A stretch of 64,000 bases of DNA from Candidatus Poribacteria bacterium (GTDB taxonomy: Bacteria; Poribacteria; WGA-4E; WGA-3G): positions 64,001 through 128,000 of the forward strand of contig CAXXUA010000006.1 of the NCBI GenBank assembly GCA_963663765.2, written 5' to 3'. Position numbers and translations under genes: made by a program. Below are positions 42,636-52,776 of the stretch, one piece after another. A model generated the notes under the pieces. It was not told the origin of the DNA. It did no database searches and was given only the letters and a program-made list of their open reading frames with translations. Positions within the stretch are counted from its first letter, which is position 1. Each line of letters opens with the position of its first letter.

Positions 42636-43580
42636 CAGTATTGTTATGGTATTTTAGAGGTTAAATGTTTAAAAATCAGAGGGACAACGATAGTTAGTAT
42701 AACGTGAGTTCGGAAAAAGATTTAGGGTTCTAAAGAAAGCGTTGCTGTCGGGATCCGTTCGCATTCCGGCAAGTTCAACGAGGGTTTCTTCTCCAAATAG
42801 GTATAAGCAATTAAGGCAGCCACCATATTCACTTGGAAGTTGATAAAACTTCTATGCCGCGTATGTTGAAGTTGTGTCTGTGTTTTTATTTCTTTAATTA
42901 CCGATTCAATCAGCATCCGTTTTTTCAGCAGGAGCGCATCAAAGTCTGATAAAGGTTGCGGCTTCATGTTCTTGCGAACCTTATATACCAACTCAATACC
43001 TTGGGTTCGCAAGTATTCACGCAGGTCTTGTGAGATATAGCCTTTATCCGCATAGAGTTTGCCATATAAGTTGATTCCCAACTTCGGAACAACTTTCCGG
43101 TCATCTGTTGTAGCAGGTGTGAACTCAACACCTAAAAGTTCGCCAGAAGTGTTAACACACAGATGAAGTTTGAACCCGTAGAACCAACCGACAGAGTTCT
43201 TGCTAAGGGATGCCTGTTCAACAAAGACTTTATGTGTTGGGATTCGGCGATTGTGGCAAACTGGCACTGGCGTAGAATCTACGAAGGAAATACCATCACA
43301 GATACCAAAGCGTGTGTAAAGATATATAGACAAAGGTTCAAGGACTTCTTGTTGAAGTTCCACAAAGCGGTTATAACTCACTAAGTTCGGAAATGCCCAC
43401 CGCAAGTAGCACCGGACGTGTTTTTCATAATAAGCTTTTAAGGTTCGATCATCGCTTTGATGAAAAAGAATAAGGATCGTCATCACCTCACTGGGATGTA
43501 GAGTGCGTGGACGGCCTCGTGTTTCAAGGGGGCGATCCGCTGGCAGTTGTTGAGAGGTTTTATATTTTTTATAGACATTA

Positions 43581-45113
43581 CTATAGTTTGGACAGTTTTA
43601 AGATTTTTAAAGACAAAATGTAGAAAAGAGGTTATCCTTCAAAACAAATACATTCTTTGAAAGGATATAACAATGAAACCTCTTTCCCACTTAGAAACAA
43701 TGTTATCAGAATATCAGTCGGTTTTCAAGTATAATAGTAACTTCAACCATTTTCAAACATTCGTCCAAGGTTTGATCTCTACCCCTTATCGTGGAACGAT
43801 GACACAGATATATCAATCAACAAAACCAACATCCACCTATTGGACTTTACCGAAGTTTCTATCTCGTAGCCAATGGTGTATTGATGAACTCACATCCATT
43901 CTGACCCAACAAGTTCAAAAAGTTTACAGCAAGGGTGTTTATGTTTATGATGAAACCAAGTCTACTAACGAGGGTCGTCATCAATATGGCACACATTTTT
44001 TCAGAAACACTCGGTATAACAAACGCAACAAAAATCAATCCAAGTTCCATTACGGCCACCAGTTTGGTGCGATCGGATGGCTCTGTGAAACACCAGACGG
44101 CACGCGCCTGTTTCCATTGGCAGCCAGGGTGATGTGTCCGAGAAAAGAACAAGATAATAGCCTACAAGTGCTTGCGTCTATCTGTGCCAATGTGCCGCCA
44201 GGGTTGATCATATTTGATAGAGGTTTTAATAGGCGTAAAGTGTTTGCAGAGATCCTTTCACAAGGACATCATTTACTCTGTCGTGCAAAGTCTAATGCTG
44301 TGTTCTATTATATCCCCAAAGAAAAGAAACCAAAGGGACCCGGCAGAAAGCGTATTTATGGGGATCGTGTGCATAAACCCTATCTAAAATATAGAGATTT
44401 CGTCGTGGATAATGAAACATATTCTGTCACTGACAAAGTTGTGCGAACAAAGATGTGTCCACAACCCGTAAGGCTTGTTGTGATACGCAAAAAGCCAAAT
44501 CCATCTAAACCGTATAAGTATTTTTGTATGTTTACCTCTGATTTACAGCTCTCCGTTGCCGAAGTCATCACACACTATAGAAATAGATGGCAGATTGAAA
44601 CGGCGTTCCGGGATGTCAAACAGGAGTTTGGATTTGATACATATCAGGTCCGAAATCGTGTGAGTTTGAACCGACACGTGCAAATCAGTTTTGTGGCAGC
44701 AAGTCTCACACAACTCTGTTGGACAGATACACCGACTGATACAACATCAAACATATCATCGGATACTGAAGAAAATGATGTTCCTGATTTAGACGCTGTG
44801 CTACAAACGCTCGGTATCCATTGGTATAAACCGAAATATCTAACACGTGGATTAATGGTCGCTTATTTACGCTTCTGTTTCCAGCAAAAATATTTTTCTG
44901 CGAGTAACGATCAAAAACAAAACTCAAAGAAATGTCTAAAAATAGTGGAAGATACGACATGAACTTAGCAGATTTTTGTATTTTTGCGATTTTTTTCAAA
45001 AATATAGTCTAAAATGCTGTGATTTCAAACAGAAAATGAGTAAAAAAAGTGTTTACACAACAATTTTTTTCGCTGTTGAAAGTCCTGACAGGTTTAAACT
45101 GTCCAAACTATAG
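43581..45113 (+). mobile_element. IS4-superfamily element
   Basis: TIR CTATAGTTTGGACAGTTT; TSD TAGACATTA (or 5 bp GACAT if TIR includes TA). Confidence 0.9.
43673..44962 (+). CDS. IS4/IS701-like DDE transposase
   Basis: YDET, FDRGF, YRNRWQIETAFRDVK (YREK). Confidence 0.9.
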   Translation: MKPLSHLETMLSEYQSVFKYNSNFNHFQTFVQGLISTPYRGTMTQIYQSTKPTSTYWTLPKFLSRSQWCIDELTSILTQQVQKVYSKGVYVYDETKSTNEGRHQYGTHFFRNTRYNKRNKNQSKFHYGHQFGAIGWLCETPDGTRLFPLAARVMCPRKEQDNSLQVLASICANVPPGLIIFDRGFNRRKVFAEILSQGHHLLCRAKSNAVFYYIPKEKKPKGPGRKRIYGDRVHKPYLKYRDFVVDNETYSVTDKVVRTKMCPQPVRLVVIRKKPNPSKPYKYFCMFTSDLQLSVAEVITHYRNRWQIETAFRDVKQEFGFDTYQVRNRVSLNRHVQISFVAASLTQLCWTDTPTDTTSNISSDTEENDVPDLDAVLQTLGIHWYKPKYLTRGLMVAYLRFCFQQKYFSASNDQKQNSKKCLKIVEDTT

Positions 45114-45574
45114 TAGACATTAAAAAAGTCGTCAATATTACAGAAAAGTGATATGATAAACATCAGAGAACTCCTTTTGTATTGGATAATGATTTCATTA
45201 TATCAAAAGGGTTCTCTAAATACCACAAACTCGAACTTTATTTCCGAACTCACGTTAGTATAGACACAAATATCCCTACACCCGCAAAAATAATAGTCAT
45301 ACGCCATTGTAGACGCGATTCCTGACGACTAATTCTGTCATGTAGGTCTTTTTTTACTTCATTAATTCTATCATTTAACCTTGATTCAAGTTTGCTTAAA
45401 TCTTTATCAATTACATGTTCTTTAACACTAAAAAGTTCTAACACGCGTTGTGCATCTTCAGATATTCCGTGTTTAGACTCATTCATAGCAATCTCCTGCT
45501 AAGTTTCAATTTATCTGATATTCCAATTTTTTTTGATGTAGTTGTTAAACATTACACAGAGCAAGAAATACTTA

Positions 45575-45793
45575 TCAGGAGGACTTGTCTTTTTGAAGGT
45601 CCCGCCTAATTTTTAAGTATTCAAAAAGAGCTCTGGCATACGAGTTTCCCGCCCCTTCTGTTATTTCCTTTAAAAACTCGTCTGTGCAATTAACAAAATC
45701 AAAACCTGCTTCTTCAATTGCCTTTTCCATGCCGGATGCTGTTTGTGTGACAAATTCTCGATTCTTGTCAAAATAGAACATGTCTAAACTCAT
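45575..45793 (-). CDS. Small hypothetical protein
   Basis: AGGAG upstream of ATG (MSLDMFYF); no recognisable motif. Confidence 0.55.
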   Translation of the reverse strand: MSLDMFYFDKNREFVTQTASGMEKAIEEAGFDFVNCTDEFLKEITEGAGNSYARALFEYLKIRRDLQKDKSS

Positions 45794-45962
45794 TGGACTT
45801 CTCCTGATTTTATTTCTCCCTGTCAAGGTGACTTTACAGAGAATGTCTCTGATTTGGTGTAATACTACAGAATCTTTGGTTAATGGATAGTATATCAGAA
45901 ATGTGGTGAAATGAGAAAATCTTTTCTATGTTACATTTGCAAAGTTTTTCGCATGGTGTTGT

Positions 45963-46240
45963 TCAGAATCGCGAATTATACCCAATTAGCGTGATTCGTC
46001 TTGCTAAGTGTGCGGTTAGGAAACCGCACCTACCGTTGGAAAAAGATAAATTCCGTTTATTTGGTATTACACCAGATCAACGGTAAAAATGACTCTTGAC
46101 ATTCCCCGGATTACGCGGAGAGCACAGAGAAGATTGCTGTAATTGAGCGTATAGCTTAAAATACACTGATTATCTGAATAATTCTTCATGCGTGTATCTT
46201 ATCCGCGTAATCCGTATAATCCGCGTAATCCGCGATTCTG
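45963..46240. repeat. CAGAATCGCG...CGCGATTCTG inverted element with GGATTACGC repeats and two nested inserts
   Basis: Contains 88-bp MITE (45979-46066) and micro-insertion (46072-46106). Confidence 0.7.
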
Positions 46241-46263
46241 TACGCAAAGAACTTTTCGCACTC

Positions 46264-46293
46264 TGTAGGAGCGACCGGGAAGTCACTCCTACA
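46264..46293. repeat. Short GTAG REP-like hairpin
   Basis: TGTAGGAGCGACCGGGAAGTCACTCCTACA. Confidence 0.65.
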
Positions 46294-46529
46294 GAGCATG
46301 TGTATAATTATTTCAATAATTCACCATAATACCTCTGGTAAAAAGGATGTTGTGCATTGAAGCATTTTGAAAATAAATAATGCAACGATCAGCAAAATAT
46401 TGCGTATTATATTTCGTTGGAAAAACAGATAAAATCCCACATATTTTTTTCAACATACACTATTTCCTAAGCCTATTCAATAGGCATTTATTTTTCATAT
46501 TTCTCAATTCATAAAAGGAGTAAATTTCA

Positions 46530-46898
46530 ATGGGAAATCCTGTTGTATTTTTTGAAATAGCAGGTACAGATGTCAATAAATTGAATGAATTTTATAGTTC
46601 CGTTTTTGGTTGGAAAACTGAAGCTGACCCTCAGAGTGGTACTCGTATGGTAAATAATACATCGGACCAAGGGATACCTGGTCATTTATTTCCATTAACT
46701 GACGATATGGGTATAGATAATTATATAACTTTTTATATTCAAGTAGATGATCTTCAAGCATATCTTGATAAAGTAGAAAGCCTTGGAGGGAAAACTTGTA
46801 TTCCACCGCAGGAAATACCTGGAAATATGGGTTCGTTTGCAATGTTCATGGATCCAAGCAATAACTATATCGGTTTATACCGAATGCCAACCACGTAA
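46530..46898 (+). CDS. VOC family protein 1 of 7
   Basis: NPVVFFEIAG...FYSSVFGW...AMFMDPSNN. Confidence 0.9.
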   Translation: MGNPVVFFEIAGTDVNKLNEFYSSVFGWKTEADPQSGTRMVNNTSDQGIPGHLFPLTDDMGIDNYITFYIQVDDLQAYLDKVESLGGKTCIPPQEIPGNMGSFAMFMDPSNNYIGLYRMPTT

Positions 46899-46921
46899 TA
46901 AATACAAAGGAGTCAAAACTA

Positions 46922-47278
46922 ATGGTAAATCCTGTCACAATCTTTGAGATAGCAGGTAAGAAAGAAGATTCTCTATGTGATTTTTATAGTGAATTGTTTA
47001 ATTGGGACATTGTTCAGGACGAAGACTGTGGTAACACAATTGACACAGGATCAGAGTTAGGAATACAAGGACACATCGTGCAAACAACCGAACAGATGCC
47101 ATTTACGAACCATGTCACTTTTTACATTTCGGTTGATGATATTAATGCATCAGCGAAAAAGGTAGAAAGTCATGGTGGAAAAGTAATTATGGGGCCGATG
47201 CCTGTTCCAGAAGGAGAGGGAACGTTCGCTATGTTCACAGACCCAAGCGGTAACGTTCTCGGCTTGTTCCAGTCATAA
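46922..47278 (+). CDS. VOC family protein 2 of 7
   Basis: NPVTIFEIAG...AMFTDPSGN. Confidence 0.9.
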   Translation: MVNPVTIFEIAGKKEDSLCDFYSELFNWDIVQDEDCGNTIDTGSELGIQGHIVQTTEQMPFTNHVTFYISVDDINASAKKVESHGGKVIMGPMPVPEGEGTFAMFTDPSGNVLGLFQS

Positions 47279-47384
47279 TCAACTCTTAGTAGTCGTTTCA
47301 ATTTGCTTGTTGTTAATGCATTGAACGACTACTTACTTCTATTATGATGAAGTTTTACTTAACCCCTCTGTAGGAGATTATGCT

Positions 47385-47756
47385 ATGAACAGTCCAGTCT
47401 TGCATTTTGAAATAGGGGGTAAGGATGTCAATGAACTAATTGATTTCTACAGTAGCACATTTTGTTGGAATATCTTTCCATTAAATAACGTTTTTTACAT
47501 TGCTGATCCCACATCAGACCAAGGTATAGAGGGACATCTGTTTCAGACAACAGATCAGATGGACTATACAAATCTTGTCATCATCTATGTTCAAGTTGAT
47601 GATATACATTCATGTTTAGAAAAATCGGAATGGTTGGGTGGTAAAATCCTCGTACACCCAGTTGAAATACCTGGAAGTACAAGTCACTATGCAATATTCA
47701 GTGACCCGAATGGCAACCGTATTGGACTATTGCAAAGAAGAATATCGGATGTCTGA
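47385..47756 (+). CDS. VOC family protein 3 of 7
   Basis: SPVLHFEIGG...AIFSDPNGN. Confidence 0.9.
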   Translation: MNSPVLHFEIGGKDVNELIDFYSSTFCWNIFPLNNVFYIADPTSDQGIEGHLFQTTDQMDYTNLVIIYVQVDDIHSCLEKSEWLGGKILVHPVEIPGSTSHYAIFSDPNGNRIGLLQRRISDV

Positions 47757-47788
47757 CTTAAATCAATACAGGAATGGAGCAAGTATAA

Positions 47789-48169
47789 ATGGGAAACCCG
47801 GTGTTTAATTTTGAAATTGTAGGTCAGGAAAGCAAATCATTAAAAGACTTCTACAGTGCAGTATTTGAATGGGACATCAATGAATATGAAGAGGGTTACT
47901 ATTGGTTTGAGACCGGTTCTGACGACGATAATGGTATTGAGGGAACTATCTACCCACCCAATGATGATATGAATTTAGTCGAAAACGTGCCTTTCTCTAA
48001 CAATGTCACCATTTATGTTGCAGTCGCGGATATCATGGCTACCGTTGAGAAACTTGTTGGTCTCGGAGGAAAAGTATTGATGCATCCTACAGTTGTGTCA
48101 GATAAAGGTGAGAAAATAGCAATGTTCATCGACCCGAGCGGCAACCGAATCAGCTTGTATCAACAATAA
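47789..48169 (+). CDS. VOC family protein 4 of 7
   Basis: NPVFNFEIVG...AMFIDPSGN. Confidence 0.9.
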   Translation: MGNPVFNFEIVGQESKSLKDFYSAVFEWDINEYEEGYYWFETGSDDDNGIEGTIYPPNDDMNLVENVPFSNNVTIYVAVADIMATVEKLVGLGGKVLMHPTVVSDKGEKIAMFIDPSGNRISLYQQ

Positions 48170-48208
48170 CATGCAAATACTATACATTGGATAAGGAGAA
48201 TATAAATC

Positions 48209-48571
48209 GTGAGTCATCCAGTTACAAATTTTGAAATCGCGGGAAAGAATGGAGCGGAGTTAAGTACATTTTATAGTAATGTGTTTGATTGGAATATCCA
48301 AAATTACCCGGGTGGATTTTATTGCATTCCGGACAATGAAAATGGGATACAAGGCAACATTCAACCAACAAGAAACGGTTCCCCATCTTCAAACTATGTC
48401 GCTATTTTTGTACCAGTAGAGAGTCTTAAGGAATCTACGAAAATAGTTCAGAAATTAGGCGGTAAGGTTGTTGTACCCCCTACTTTAATATCTGAAGAAA
48501 TGGGTTCTTATATGATGTTCAGCGATCCAAGTGGAAATCTTTTGGGTTTATACGAAATTAATAACATCTAA
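48209..48571 (+). CDS. VOC family protein 5 of 7
   Basis: HPVTNFEIAG...MMFSDPSGN. Confidence 0.9.
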   Translation: MSHPVTNFEIAGKNGAELSTFYSNVFDWNIQNYPGGFYCIPDNENGIQGNIQPTRNGSPSSNYVAIFVPVESLKESTKIVQKLGGKVVVPPTLISEEMGSYMMFSDPSGNLLGLYEINNI

Positions 48572-48583
48572 AAATAATACTCT

Positions 48584-48820
48584 CAGGACTTACGCACCTA
48601 ACGGTAGGCGGGGAATGCCTAAATGGCATTCATACCCGGGGAATGCCTAAATGGCATTCATACCGTTGATTTCTTGATTTGGTGCTTTGTTGGCGGGGAA
48701 TGCCTAAATGGCATTCATACCGTTGATTTCTTGATTTGGCGCTGGAAATACAACTATGTTGAAAATTACATCATTTTCAACAGTTTTCATGATTAAATCA
48801 TGAAAACTGCGTAGGTCCTG
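48584..48820. mobile_element. IS701-derived MITE with two micro-insertions (48611-48682, 48696-48739)
   Basis: IS701 TIRs; TSD ACTCT; 237-72-44 = 121 bp. Confidence 0.9.
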
Positions 48821-48835
48821 ACTCTATTTGGAGAT

Positions 48836-49201
48836 ATGTTTATGGCAAATCCTGTAATCTTTTTTGAAATAGCTGGTAAAGGTATTGAAAAATTAAGTGA
48901 GTTTTACGCTTCAGTTTTCGGTTGGAAAATGAGTCCTGCCCCTGATGGTGTGTTAGGAGTAGACACTGATACAGAGGAAGGCATACAAGGAATCTTACAT
49001 CCAGTTGAAGATGATTCAGATTATTCAAATCACGTGATGATTTATGTTAGGGTGGATGACCTTGAGACATCCATCAATAACTTAGAGAGGCTTGGTGGAA
49101 AAGTGTTTATGAAGCCTCAGGGGTTACCAAACAATATGGGTTCGTTTGCTATTTTTACAGACCCAAGTGGTAACTTTATTGGATTGCATCAAAACCCATA
49201 A
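48836..49201 (+). CDS. VOC family protein 6 of 7
   Basis: NPVIFFEIAG...AIFTDPSGN. Confidence 0.9.
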   Translation: MFMANPVIFFEIAGKGIEKLSEFYASVFGWKMSPAPDGVLGVDTDTEEGIQGILHPVEDDSDYSNHVMIYVRVDDLETSINNLERLGGKVFMKPQGLPNNMGSFAIFTDPSGNFIGLHQNP

Positions 49202-49263
49202 ATTAAATTGTTAAAAGTTTTTTCTTCCGTGCTTGATTTTTATTCTATAAGGAGTATTTTTCT

Positions 49264-49656
49264 ATGGGAAATCCTGTCATGTTTTTTGAAATAGCAGGTA
49301 AAAATGGTGAGTCATTACGTGACTTTTATTCTGCTCTGTTTGATGAATGGGCTATACTACCTTTTGGGTGGTCTAAATCGCACTTTCCTAATGATATTTT
49401 TGCTATTGATCCAACACCACCACCAATGTCTGATGAAGGGATAAAAGGTCATATATTTCCAATTCCAGACGCTATGAATTTGTCCAATCGTGTCTCAATT
49501 TTCATACAAGTTGAGGATATTGAAGAAACACTCAATCAAATTGAGAACAAGGGTGGAAAAATGCTTGTGACAAAACAGGTGCTTCCTGATGGTATGGGAG
49601 CCATAGCAATGTTTGCTGATCCGAGCGGGAATATCATCGGTTTATATCAAGTTTAA
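49264..49656 (+). CDS. VOC family protein 7 of 7
   Basis: NPVMFFEIAG...AMFADPSGN. Confidence 0.9.
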   Translation: MGNPVMFFEIAGKNGESLRDFYSALFDEWAILPFGWSKSHFPNDIFAIDPTPPPMSDEGIKGHIFPIPDAMNLSNRVSIFIQVEDIEETLNQIENKGGKMLVTKQVLPDGMGAIAMFADPSGNIIGLYQV

Positions 49657-49687
49657 ACGATATTCTTCTATGCAAACCTTAAAGCAA

Positions 49688-49998
49688 TACCAATTCAAAG
49701 AAATCTTGTCTCATTAAGGAACTCTACTGTTTAATGGCAGGGGGTTACTCTCTTCGGTAGGAGCGACCTCCCGGTCGCGACCGGGAGGTCGCTCCTACCA
49801 GATTTTCGCTGCTAATGAGACATTAGCGCATGAAAATGGTATCATACCGATTCAAATAAATCTTGTCTCATTATGGAATGCTAATGTTTACTGGCAGGGG
49901 GTTACTCTCTTCGGTAGGAGCGACCTCCCGGTCGCGACCGTGAGTTCGCTCCTACCAGATTTTCGCTGCTAATGAGACATTATCACATGAAAATGGTA
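49688..49998. mobile_element. Two tandem 154-bp TACC-ended REP-carrying MITEs (49688-49841, 49845-49998)
   Basis: Reverse-orientation copies of 7624 element separated by 3 bp. Confidence 0.85.
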
Positions 49999-50131
49999 TT
50001 ATGCGGATTTCTTTGTTGCAATTTCCTATGATGTAAACAAGAAAATGAGTTTAACGTTCTAATCTAACACAGCAACGGATGAAGACGATATAAAAAATAC
50101 ATCATTACTAAAAACTTAAGGAGATTTTCTG

Positions 50132-50611
50132 ATGAAGAAATCATACACGGTAATATTTTGTTTATTTCTATTTTCAGCTGCAATTGTTTTGAACGGGTGT
50201 GAAGAAACCACATCAGGTGGAAGTGGAGTCACAGATTTAGGACGAGGCGAACCAAAAATTGTCGAATCAGTCACTGCTATTGCAGTCTTTGATGACCGTC
50301 CTGACGGTATAACAGATACCATTAGTGCAGAATTTAACGACCAAGTCTATTTATGGATATTATGGGGTAATATTGACGAAACTCACAAAATAAAAGTTTC
50401 ATGGTTCTCGCCAGAAGACGATTTGGATGATGAACCATTTTGGTCAGAAGAGAGAACTATTTCCTCAACGACAGGTGAAAAAATCACTTGGTTCTATATT
50501 GATACACCACGGGGTGGCTTGAGCGGCGACCAATTTCTACCCGGTGAATGGATTGTAGAGGTTTTCCTTGACGATCTATTTGAACGTAGTCATCTGTTTT
50601 TCGTTGAGTAG
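50132..50611 (+). CDS. Hypothetical lipoprotein (beta-rich)
   Basis: Lipobox LNGC; W.SP...PGEWIVEVFLD. Confidence 0.75.
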   Translation: MKKSYTVIFCLFLFSAAIVLNGCEETTSGGSGVTDLGRGEPKIVESVTAIAVFDDRPDGITDTISAEFNDQVYLWILWGNIDETHKIKVSWFSPEDDLDDEPFWSEERTISSTTGEKITWFYIDTPRGGLSGDQFLPGEWIVEVFLDDLFERSHLFFVE

Positions 50612-50745
50612 GACGCACTTGCCAATTTAGGGAAGTGTCATTCAAACAAATCTTTATTCCAATCAGTATGGGCAGTACACACGTAATACGAAATGGAATT
50701 AGATGTGAACCGCACCAACTGGTTGGATAATAGGGGTGCATACTA

Positions 50746-51648
50746 CTAATTGGATGCAAGCTCTTCACCGACAATGAGTCGGTAAGCTTCTCGGTATTTT
50801 TCGCTTGTTTTCGTGATGACATCTGTTGGTAACTGTGGTGCTGGGGGTTGTTTGTTCCAACCGATTTCAGATAGATAATCCCTAACAAACTGTTTATCAA
50901 AACTTTGCTGCGGTTTACCGGGTTCATATAGGGCTGCGGGCCAAAAACGTGAAGAGTCTGGTGTAAATACCTCGTCAATGAGTATTATTGATCCGTCCCG
51001 TTCTCCAAATTCAAACTTTGTGTCACATAGAATGATACTAGTTTTTTCTGCATGTTGACTTGCAGCACGGAATAGATCAAAACTGATGTTTATGAGTTCA
51101 TCAGTCAGTTCAGATCCGACCTGATTACGCATCTCGTCTATTGAAATCGGTTCATCATGTTCGCCATGTTCTGCTTTGGTAGTCGGTGTGAACAATAGCT
51201 CAGGTAAACGTTCCGATTCTCGTAGTCCTGCTGGTAGTTTTTGCCCACATATTTCACCCGTTTTCTGATACGAACTCCAGCCGGAACCTGCAAGATACCC
51301 ACGAACAACACATTCAATATCTACACGTTTTGCCTTCTTGACCAACATTGAACGGCCAATTAGGATGTCAGCATCTGTTTGAAGTGCTTTAGGGTATTCT
51401 TCAACATCTGTTGAGATAAGATGATTTTCAACTACATCCTTAGTATAATCAAACCAGAAAGTTGACAATCCAGTTAGGACTTTACCTTTATCTGGTATGC
51501 CATTAGGCAAAACCACATCAAATGCGGATATACGATCAGTTGACACAATCAAGAATTCATCACCGAGATCGTATAGATCGCGGACCTTCCCACGATGTGC
51601 AGCTTCTATGTTTGTTAACTTCGTTGATGTTATAACGTTATTTGACAT
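50746..51648 (-). CDS. purC: SAICAR synthetase
   Basis: GKVRDLY, TDRISAFD, ECVVRGY, DTKFEFG, TPDSSRFW. Confidence 0.97.
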   Translation of the reverse strand: MSNNVITSTKLTNIEAAHRGKVRDLYDLGDEFLIVSTDRISAFDVVLPNGIPDKGKVLTGLSTFWFDYTKDVVENHLISTDVEEYPKALQTDADILIGRSMLVKKAKRVDIECVVRGYLAGSGWSSYQKTGEICGQKLPAGLRESERLPELLFTPTTKAEHGEHDEPISIDEMRNQVGSELTDELINISFDLFRAASQHAEKTSIILCDTKFEFGERDGSIILIDEVFTPDSSRFWPAALYEPGKPQQSFDKQFVRDYLSEIGWNKQPPAPQLPTDVITKTSEKYREAYRLIVGEELASN

Positions 51649-51682
51649 ATTCGTCTCCTAAAAAGAAAGATAGTATTATCTT

Positions 51683-52773
51683 CAGGACTTACGCAGTCTC
51701 AAAGATTATCGATGGATTTGAGAGTTGATATCGCATATAATCATCCAATAAACTTTGTTTAAGTTCATAAATTGTTTTGCCAAGTTTACGCGCAACACGT
51801 TTCAAACAGACCCATATTTGAAAACAACAGGCAATATGATTTCTTTGGGCACGCAACTTGCGACATTGACATTTGCCAATACCCGTGACTTGTTTGATCT
51901 CACGATGGAGTTGTTCAATCTTCCAACGTATACGACATTCTTGGTGTGCCGCATCCGCATCCGATTGAGATAAATCGTTTGTCACAATATATTCCGTGCG
52001 CCCGGTAGAGGAGGCTATCCGGAACAACTTTACTTGATACCCTTTTGGAAACTTCTTGATGTGCACGCTTTTCCCTTGCTGGATTTCTGTCCGGGTCCAA
52101 GATAGGTCTTGGACTTGTTGGTGCGGTTGCTCGCCATCCGTATCGTTTACAAGACGATTTCGTTTCAGGGGCACGTAGTAAATCTTAGAAAGTTTTTCAA
52201 TCGCTTTCATAACTTGCATGGAGGCATACCAAGTATCCATTAGCACCGTCCGAAACGGTATCTGTTTTTTAGAGTACGCGTTGTGCAACATTTCCAGTAA
52301 ATGGTCTATTTTGGTTTTACCATCATGATCTATGTCATAAATACGGTAATCAATAATCCAATACTCTTCTGTCTTTGGATTGACATAGATACACGTCACA
52401 ATACCAATGCCTTTAACGACTTTTTTGTCGCTACCACTCCACTGAGAACGGAGGACCTCAATCTCTTTCGCATAGAGTTTAGGTAGCACAACATCGTCAA
52501 AAACAATGTAGCCATCATCATCAAACTCAATGTCGTTTTTGACCGAGTTCCAAAGTTCATTCGCGGGGATGTTTTCACCGCTCAGAAACCGATTGATTTG
52601 ATCGTGGCTCCACTTATCAGTATGGTCTGCCATATAGGTTTGTGTAAAGTTTGTAAAACTTGATAACAAAAATTGACAATAATCTGAATATAAACTTTGT
52701 TTCTTTTCGGAAAGTGTAAATGTAATCATAATGGAATAGTATAGCACAAATCTATTATAGTGCGTAAGTCCTG
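51683..52773 (-). mobile_element. IS701 family insertion sequence
   Basis: TIR CAGGACTTACGCA / TGCGTAAGTCCTG; 5-bp TSD ATCTT. Confidence 0.93.
51689..52747 (-). CDS. IS701 family transposase (apparently intact)
   Basis: SHDQINRFL, VFDD, LMDTWYA, RWKIEQLHREIKQ. Confidence 0.9.
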   Translation of the reverse strand: MLYYSIMITFTLSEKKQSLYSDYCQFLLSSFTNFTQTYMADHTDKWSHDQINRFLSGENIPANELWNSVKNDIEFDDDGYIVFDDVVLPKLYAKEIEVLRSQWSGSDKKVVKGIGIVTCIYVNPKTEEYWIIDYRIYDIDHDGKTKIDHLLEMLHNAYSKKQIPFRTVLMDTWYASMQVMKAIEKLSKIYYVPLKRNRLVNDTDGEQPHQQVQDLSWTRTEIQQGKSVHIKKFPKGYQVKLFRIASSTGRTEYIVTNDLSQSDADAAHQECRIRWKIEQLHREIKQVTGIGKCQCRKLRAQRNHIACCFQIWVCLKRVARKLGKTIYELKQSLLDDYMRYQLSNPSIIFETA

Positions 52774-52776
52774 ATC

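Larger units (their letters stand above)
42722..45163 (-). pseudogene. IS982 transposase, split
   Basis: N-terminus MFIISLFCNIDDFFNV at 45163 joins in frame to YKKYK...SEVMTI; DSTP, GFKLH, ADKGY. Confidence 0.9.
42702..45255 (-). mobile_element. IS982 family element, interrupted by an IS4-like element
   Basis: TIR ACGTGAGTTCGGAAA / TTTCCGAACTCACGT; 7-bp TSD TAGTATA. Confidence 0.92.
42644..45486 (-). pseudogene. Small coiled-coil + TM protein gene interrupted by IS982
   Basis: Excision restores ...GIFVSIL-TIVVPLIFKHLTSKIP*. Confidence 0.75.

Noticed and set aside
45850-45880. GATTCTGTAGTATTACACCAAA (minus strand) as a decayed DSEYYxPK hsdS motif
   Set aside because: Too short and needs indels; cannot be supported without a search.
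48611-48739. GAATGCCTAAATGGCATTC repeats as a mini CRISPR array
   Set aside because: No unique spacers of regular length; explained as nested insertions in a MITE.
46530-49656. VOC array as integron cassettes
   Set aside because: Spacers are mostly 23-62 bp with no attC-like RYYYAAC...GTTRRRY structure and no intI.
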